A stretch of 64,000 nucleotides of DNA. Source: an uncultured Clostridia bacterium (lineage in GTDB: Bacteria > Bacillota > Clostridia > Oscillospirales > Ruminococcaceae). The notes under the pieces are model-generated. The model was not told the DNA's origin and did not search any database. It saw only the letters and a list, made by a program, of their open reading frames with translations. The stretch lies in the NCBI GenBank assembly GCA_946567425.1, contig CAMNXF010000014.1, positions 11,883-75,882 on the forward strand, read 5' to 3'. A program made the translations under genes and the position numbers. Position 1 is the first letter of the stretch; the number at the start of each line of letters is the position of its first letter. Below, in pieces: positions 58,800 to 64,000 of the stretch.

Positions 58800-60779
58800 A
58801 TGAAAAATAATTCGATCAAGCAGAAAACCTCAATCAGAACACAGATGATTCTGATCGTGAGCCTTGTGTTTACGCTGCTGATAATCGGCACGGTCACGGC
58901 GGGTATAATCTCCGGCTACGTAAGTATCGAGAATACCGTAAACGCCGATCTCGTCACTATTCAGCAGTTCTCCGACCACACATTCGCGACTGCCCTCAAA
59001 CAGGCTAAGACGGAGGCGACAAAGCCCGCTGCCGAGTTTGACAGAACCTGTGCGCTAGGCATAAACAACGGTATCAAATACGCGGACAGAATGCTGGAGG
59101 GAACCGTTTTTTCGGAGTGTGCGCTTGTGGATACCAACGGAAGTGTCCGCACGACCTACGAGCTTTTTGACGATAAGCTCGCGTCGCTTGAAAGCGTTCA
59201 GAGATCTATGGAAAGCAGCGAGCCTCAGATCTCGTCTACTGTCGATTTTAACGGAAATTTGCGCTTCGTCATTTCGGTAAAGTGCAAAATGGGCGCGTTT
59301 ATCGTAACTATGGACGGCTCGTATTTCAGTGACCTTATCGCGGATAAAGCGGTAGCCGATACAGGTAGCGTTTTCCTTATCGACAACAACGGCAAGATGA
59401 TTGCCAACGCCGACCCCTCCGTCGTTCAATCACAAGTCAACTACATAGATATGGCAGAAAAGGACGCTTCTCACAAATCGACCGCCGAGCTTTTCCAAAA
59501 GATGACGGGCGGCGAAACAGGCGTTTCAGGTTTTACCTTCAACGGCGTGAAGAACATCTGCGCTTACGGCACCGTTGACGGCTCGGACGGCTGGGCATAC
59601 GGCGTTACCGCGCCCGAAAGCGAAATGCTGTCAGCTATGTATATGATAATCGTCGCGCTAGTGATATGTTCGCTTGTATTTCTCGCGGGTGGTATCGTCG
59701 CTATTGCCGCATACGCAAACAGAATTTCCAAGCCTATCAAGGGAATGTCGCACCGTATGACGCTTATGGCTCGCGGAGATCTGTACACGCCTGTTGATAT
59801 TGTCAACCGCTCGGACGAAATAGGCGTTCTGGCGTATGAATTCGGCGGGACTCTGGTATCGCTGAAGTCCTATATCCGCGATATTGACGAGGTGCTTCAC
59901 GAGATGTCGCGCGGCAATATGCTGGCAAGACCGCAGATACAGTATGACGGAGATTTCAGCACTATCGAGAAATCGCTGAAAAAGATACGCAAGTCCTTAA
60001 ACGCCACCTTTAACGCAATAAATAAATCCGCGAACAGCGTCGCCGAGGGTGCGGGCAGCGTTGCCAAGAGCGCACAGACACTGGCAAAAGGCGCAGCGGA
60101 GCAGTCACGCGTAATATCAGAGCTTATGGACACGCTCGCGAATATCTCCGCAGCTTCCACCGAGAACTCCAAGACCACCAAGAACGCCGAGCAGAACGCC
60201 GTAAAGGCGGGCGAACAGGTCAAGTTCTGCAACGAAAGAATGCAGAGCGCGGCAGACGCAATGGCGGAGATCACCGATTCCGCTTTGCAGATCGAAAAGA
60301 TAATTGCGACTATCGAGGACATCGCATACCAGACAAATATCCTCGCGCTCAACGCCGAGATAGAGGCAGCTGCGGCGGGTTCCGCCGGCAAAGGCTTTGC
60401 GGTCGTTGCCGACGAAGTGCGCAACCTCGCCAACAAATCCGACAAGGCGGCAAAGGCAACAAAGCAGCTTATCGACAAGTCGCTCGAGTCGGTAAACCGC
60501 GGCACGGAGGTGGTCGGTTCAGTATCCGAGCAGCTCAATCTCTCCACCGAGATAGTTCTCCATGCCGTTGACGATATGAAAACAGTTAACGTCGCCGTTC
60601 AGGAGGAAGAGGAGAGCATACGCAACATCGCCTCCAGCATTGAACGGATCAACCGCGTAGTTCAGTCCAACACTGCCAACTCCACCGAGAGCGCCGAAAC
60701 GAGCCATGCGCTTTCCGTTCAGGCAGATAACCTTAAGTCACTTATGGCAAACTTCCAATGCGAAAATTCCGATGAATAA
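58800..60779 (+). CDS. Methyl-accepting chemotaxis protein (Cache-HAMP-MCP)
   Basis: Two TM, HAMP ..[43 protein letters not shown]. Confidence 0.95.
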   Translation: MKNNSIKQKTSIRTQMILIVSLVFTLLIIGTVTAGIISGYVSIENTVNADLVTIQQFSDHTFATALKQAKTEATKPAAEFDRTCALGINNGIKYADRMLEGTVFSECALVDTNGSVRTTYELFDDKLASLESVQRSMESSEPQISSTVDFNGNLRFVISVKCKMGAFIVTMDGSYFSDLIADKAVADTGSVFLIDNNGKMIANADPSVVQSQVNYIDMAEKDASHKSTAELFQKMTGGETGVSGFTFNGVKNICAYGTVDGSDGWAYGVTAPESEMLSAMYMIIVALVICSLVFLAGGIVAIAAYANRISKPIKGMSHRMTLMARGDLYTPVDIVNRSDEIGVLAYEFGGTLVSLKSYIRDIDEVLHEMSRGNMLARPQIQYDGDFSTIEKSLKKIRKSLNATFNAINKSANSVAEGAGSVAKSAQTLAKGAAEQSRVISELMDTLANISAASTENSKTTKNAEQNAVKAGEQVKFCNERMQSAADAMAEITDSALQIEKIIATIEDIAYQTNILALNAEIEAAAAGSAGKGFAVVADEVRNLANKSDKAAKATKQLIDKSLESVNRGTEVVGSVSEQLNLSTEIVLHAVDDMKTVNVAVQEEEESIRNIASSIERINRVVQSNTANSTESAETSHALSVQADNLKSLMANFQCENSDE

Positions 60780-60819
60780 AACAGAATGGGACAGCTTGAA
60801 CGCTGCCCCGTTTTTTCTG

Positions 60820-61407
60820 TCATCTTGTCATCTCGAATTTTTTCTTGTAGAACCACGCGCCGAAACCCAATCCTGAAACTCCGCCGCAGATATGTCCGAA
60901 ATGCGAAACGTTATCGTTGACCGCGATACCCGAATATATCTCCTGTCCCAAGTAGATAGCCGCGATTATTATCAGCGTAAGCGGAATCTCGCCTTTTTTC
61001 ATATTCGTAAACGCGCTGAGGATTATCAGCATAAACACGATGCCCGACGCGCCGAGTATTCCCGTGTTGAAAAACAACATATTGAGTATGCCGCCCGCGA
61101 GCGCAGTCACGCCCATCATTATACACAGGTTCCAGCTGCCGTAGCGCTCCTCGACGATAGGTCCGATGAGCAGGAGCATTGTCATATTCCCCGCGAAGTG
61201 TGAAAAGTTCGCGTGTCCGAAAACGTAGCTGAACGCGCGAAGGTAGGTCAGCGGATCGAGCAGGCTTGCGTGTCCGTAGCAGACGAACATTAGCCGGTTA
61301 GTGAAGCCCTTAGTTATCCAATCGAGTATCAGCGTCACAAGGCAGACCGCTGCGAACGTCAGTATCACGGGGGAATTGTAGCTCAGCTTTAGTTTTTTGC
61401 CGCTCAT
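60820..61407 (-). CDS. Rhomboid intramembrane serine protease
   Basis: HANFSHFAGNM, GASG, SHFGHICG. Confidence 0.92.
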   Translation of the reverse strand: MSGKKLKLSYNSPVILTFAAVCLVTLILDWITKGFTNRLMFVCYGHASLLDPLTYLRAFSYVFGHANFSHFAGNMTMLLLIGPIVEERYGSWNLCIMMGVTALAGGILNMLFFNTGILGASGIVFMLIILSAFTNMKKGEIPLTLIIIAAIYLGQEIYSGIAVNDNVSHFGHICGGVSGLGFGAWFYKKKFEMTR

Positions 61408-61419
61408 AGTTTATCCTTT

Positions 61420-61902
61420 CTAAAGAGGTTTTTTCATGAAAATGCAGTGGAACGTCAAATACGCGTCACATTCGCCCGATTTTGTGAAGCCGTAGCTTTC
61501 GTACCAGCTCTTTACGCGCTTGTTCGCGTCCACAACGCCGATAGTTATTTCCGTGAAACCAAGCTCGCGCGCTATGTCGAACGAATGGCACATAAGGCTC
61601 TCGCCGATTTTATTGTGACGAAACTCGGGTAGGGTGCTCAGATTTGAAAGCTCGATCTCGCCGCCGTTGATATGCAGCGAGTAATACCCCGCGATCTTTC
61701 CGTCGACAAAGTACGCGTACATCGGGCGGTGTTCGTTAAACATATGCCAACGCAGCCGTTCCTCCGTTGTGGCGTAAGATGTGAATTTCGGGTCTTTTTC
61801 CGGGGTGAAGCCGAACTCGTCCGCGACGGTCTGAAAGCTGCGCCGTATTACCTGTACGCATTCGGGAATATCGTTTTCCGTGACTTTTCTTATCTCCCGC
61901 AT
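61420..61902 (-). CDS. GNAT N-acetyltransferase
   Basis: LSTLPEFRHNKIG, WYESYGF. Confidence 0.88.
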   Translation of the reverse strand: MREIRKVTENDIPECVQVIRRSFQTVADEFGFTPEKDPKFTSYATTEERLRWHMFNEHRPMYAYFVDGKIAGYYSLHINGGEIELSNLSTLPEFRHNKIGESLMCHSFDIARELGFTEITIGVVDANKRVKSWYESYGFTKSGECDAYLTFHCIFMKKPL

Positions 61903-61915
61903 TGTTCTCTCCTTG

Positions 61916-62449
61916 TCACCTGTTGTCTATCCAATACCGTCTTATCGTTTCGTTTTTATCGTCGGGGTCCGTAACGGTATTTTCAAGAACTCCGCCGCAG
62001 CTTTCTATCACTTTAGCGGAGCCGATATTTGAGGAGTGGCAGCCCATCAGCACCTTATGAATTTTCATGAATTTAGCTTCCTCTAATGTCATTTTGAGTA
62101 TATTCGTTCCGTGACCCTTCAGCCTTTCGGAAGGTCTTACCCCGTAGCCTATATGTCCCCATGTACTGAAGCCGTCTGCGGTCAGGTAATGTCGCAGGGA
62201 CGCCGCTCCTATCAGTCTGCCGTTTTCGTCTGTTACAAAATAAGAGGTAGTCGAGGCGTATTTTTTGTCAAGATTACCGCGCTCGCAGTTATCCAGCATT
62301 TGAATAAATTCCGCAAAATCCTCTATATTCTCAAACGGTTTATCCAGAAACCATGGAGCGATCTGCGTGCCGCTTGTCTGCCATTCCGTCATCATCTCAT
62401 TATATTGTCCGAAAAAATACAGGTCAGGCTTTGTCAAATATATTCTCAT
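61916..62449 (-). CDS. GNAT N-acetyltransferase
   Basis: GHIGYGVRPSERLKG, SNIGSAKVIE.CGG. Confidence 0.88.
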   Translation of the reverse strand: MRIYLTKPDLYFFGQYNEMMTEWQTSGTQIAPWFLDKPFENIEDFAEFIQMLDNCERGNLDKKYASTTSYFVTDENGRLIGAASLRHYLTADGFSTWGHIGYGVRPSERLKGHGTNILKMTLEEAKFMKIHKVLMGCHSSNIGSAKVIESCGGVLENTVTDPDDKNETIRRYWIDNR

Positions 62450-62997
62450 ATTCGCCCCCTAAGTACTCGCGCAAGTCTGCCGACAGGCAAGCCCATTACA
62501 TTATAGAAATCGCCGACTATGCCCTTGATGTTCGCTGCACCCTTTTCCTGTATACCGTAAGCGCCCGCCTTATCCATGGGATCGCCCGTGGCTATGTAAT
62601 CGGCTATTTCACGTTCGGTGAGGGGATAAAACTCCACACGGGTTCCCTCACAAAACAATTCCGTTTCGCCATTCTTAAAAATTACGCATACACCCGTGTA
62701 GACGTTGTGAACGTTCCCCGAAAGCATTCTCAGCATATTGGCGGCGTGCTCCTTGTTGTGCGGTTTTCCGAGAATTACGCCGTCTAACGATACAACGGTA
62801 TCGGCGGCTATAATAATCTCGCCCATGTGTTCCGCGAAGATCTCCTGCGCCTTTTGCAGGGCGAGTATCTTTACAGCCTGTTCGGGAGCTGCGTTTTCCG
62901 GAATTATTTCCTCCCCTTTTGCGGGGATTATCTTAAAATCCTTTGTTATATAGCCTAACAGCTCTTTTCTGCGCGGACTTTGACTTGCAAGTATCAT
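62446..62997 (-). CDS. maf: Maf-family nucleoside triphosphate pyrophosphatase
   Basis: ILASQSPRRKELL, IAADTVV, ILGKP, DKAGAYGIQ, NVMGLP. Confidence 0.95.
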   Translation of the reverse strand: MILASQSPRRKELLGYITKDFKIIPAKGEEIIPENAAPEQAVKILALQKAQEIFAEHMGEIIIAADTVVSLDGVILGKPHNKEHAANMLRMLSGNVHNVYTGVCVIFKNGETELFCEGTRVEFYPLTEREIADYIATGDPMDKAGAYGIQEKGAANIKGIVGDFYNVMGLPVGRLARVLRGRI

Positions 62998-63569
62998 TTC
63001 TTCTCCTTGCTCGTTTTATGCTCGGGTATGAACGGGTGATCGGGCGCGTAAATTTCATTGTAATTGTCAATGCACTGTTTAATGACCTCTATCGCCTTTT
63101 TCTGCCCCTGTACCTCGTCGACCGCGGTCGCCTTGTCCTCGAGCTGCTTGTATACCGAGAAGAAGTGGCGCATTTCCTGAAATATGTGCGAGGGCAGAGC
63201 TTCAATTCCGCGGTAGGCGTTGAACGTCGGGTCCTCAAACGGAATTGCAATTATTTTTTCGTCGTTGCGCCCGTTGTCGAGCATGGTGATAACGCCTATC
63301 GGGTAGCACTGCACGAGCACCAGCGGGTCGATAGGCTCGTTGCAGAGGATAAGCACGTCGAGCGGGTCGCCGTCGTCCGCGAGCGTGCGCGGGATAAAGC
63401 CGTAGTTCGCGGGATAGTGTGTCGAGGTGTAGAGAATGCGGTCGAGGATTATCAAGCCCGTCTGCTTGTCGAGCTCGTATTTCTTCTTGCTGCCCTTTTC
63501 AATCTCGACAACTGCGAGGAAGTCATTGGGGGTTATTCTTGCAGGGTTTACGTCATGCCAAACGTTCAT
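62994..63569 (-). CDS. ppa: Soluble inorganic pyrophosphatase (family I)
   Basis: KKYELDK, DRIL, YPANYGFIP.TL.DDGDPLD, DEKII, FF.VYK.LE. Confidence 0.95.
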   Translation of the reverse strand: MNVWHDVNPARITPNDFLAVVEIEKGSKKKYELDKQTGLIILDRILYTSTHYPANYGFIPRTLADDGDPLDVLILCNEPIDPLVLVQCYPIGVITMLDNGRNDEKIIAIPFEDPTFNAYRGIEALPSHIFQEMRHFFSVYKQLEDKATAVDEVQGQKKAIEVIKQCIDNYNEIYAPDHPFIPEHKTSKEKK

Positions 63570-63750
63570 GGTTTTATTTCCTTTCACATTGTTAAATTTA
63601 TTATTTGTTAATATTATACAACATTCAAAGGATAAAATCAAGAGGAAAAACAAAAAAGCGCGCCGCACTGCATTGGCAGCGTTTGTAAACATATTGACAT
63701 TTTGTGAGAATTTTGTTATAATAAAAACAGAGTTTAACGGGGAGGTAATT

Positions 63751-64000
63751 ATGGCAATCTTTAAATGCAAAGCGTGCAACGGAAACCTCGACGTCGAGGA
63801 GGGAATGACGATCTGCGAGTGCGGATACTGCGGCACAAGGCAGACCGTTCCGCTTTCGGACAACAACGAGAAAAAGGTGAACCTGTTTAACCGCGCGAAC
63901 AGGCTGAGAAGCGGCTGCGATTTCGACAAGGCAGCGGGCGTCTACGAGAGCATAGTCGCTGAGTTTCCCGAGGAAGCGGAGGCGTACTGGGGCTTGTGCC
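63751..64000 (+). CDS. Zn-ribbon + TPR-like N-terminus (partial, runs off the window)
   Basis: Hand translation MAIFKCKACNG...CECGYCG..Q, then ...FDKAAGVYESIV..FPEEAEAYWG; GGGAGG RBS. Confidence 0.8.
   Translation, partial: MAIFKCKACNGNLDVEEGMTICECGYCGTRQTVPLSDNNEKKVNLFNRANRLRSGCDFDKAAGVYESIVAEFPEEAEAYWGLC

Overview
Chromosomal window from a spore-forming, chemotactic, cellulolytic clostridial gut bacterium, probably Oscillospiraceae/Ruminococcus-like (taxon inferred from gene content: MCPs, spoIIE, GH9-CBM3, GH5, glgBCD). Layout: LytTR two-component pair, MCP and apbE (1-5.2 kb); YcxB-like, hypothetical, radical SAM and lipoprotein GH9 run (5.4-11.5 kb); four tRNAs (Gly, Arg, His, Gln); a visibly AT-richer ~11.8 kb accessory island starting at the tRNA-Gln 3' end (decayed redox genes, GH5, IS3, ADP-ribosyltransferase plus PD-(D/E)xK nuclease, nonsense-inactivated large serine recombinase, SDR plus Mn-catalase, decayed Phd/ParE-like TA pair, Imm5-like gene, repeated boundary motifs); core genes (moxR, msmX, udp, hpf, hisJ, SRP RNA-dnaX-ybaB-comEC-recR, fsa, trkAH, PPi-type pfk, gltD-like, probable 6S RNA, rnpB); an unexplained promoter-to-terminator unit built from repeated Shine-Dalgarno-hairpin-ATG minigenes (45.85-46.5 kb); an orphan phage-type lysis cassette; glgBCD; spoIIE; ECF sigma pair; second MCP; rhomboid, GNATs, maf, ppa. 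No CRISPR array or rRNA seen. All family assignments come from motif recognition by eye, not database searches.
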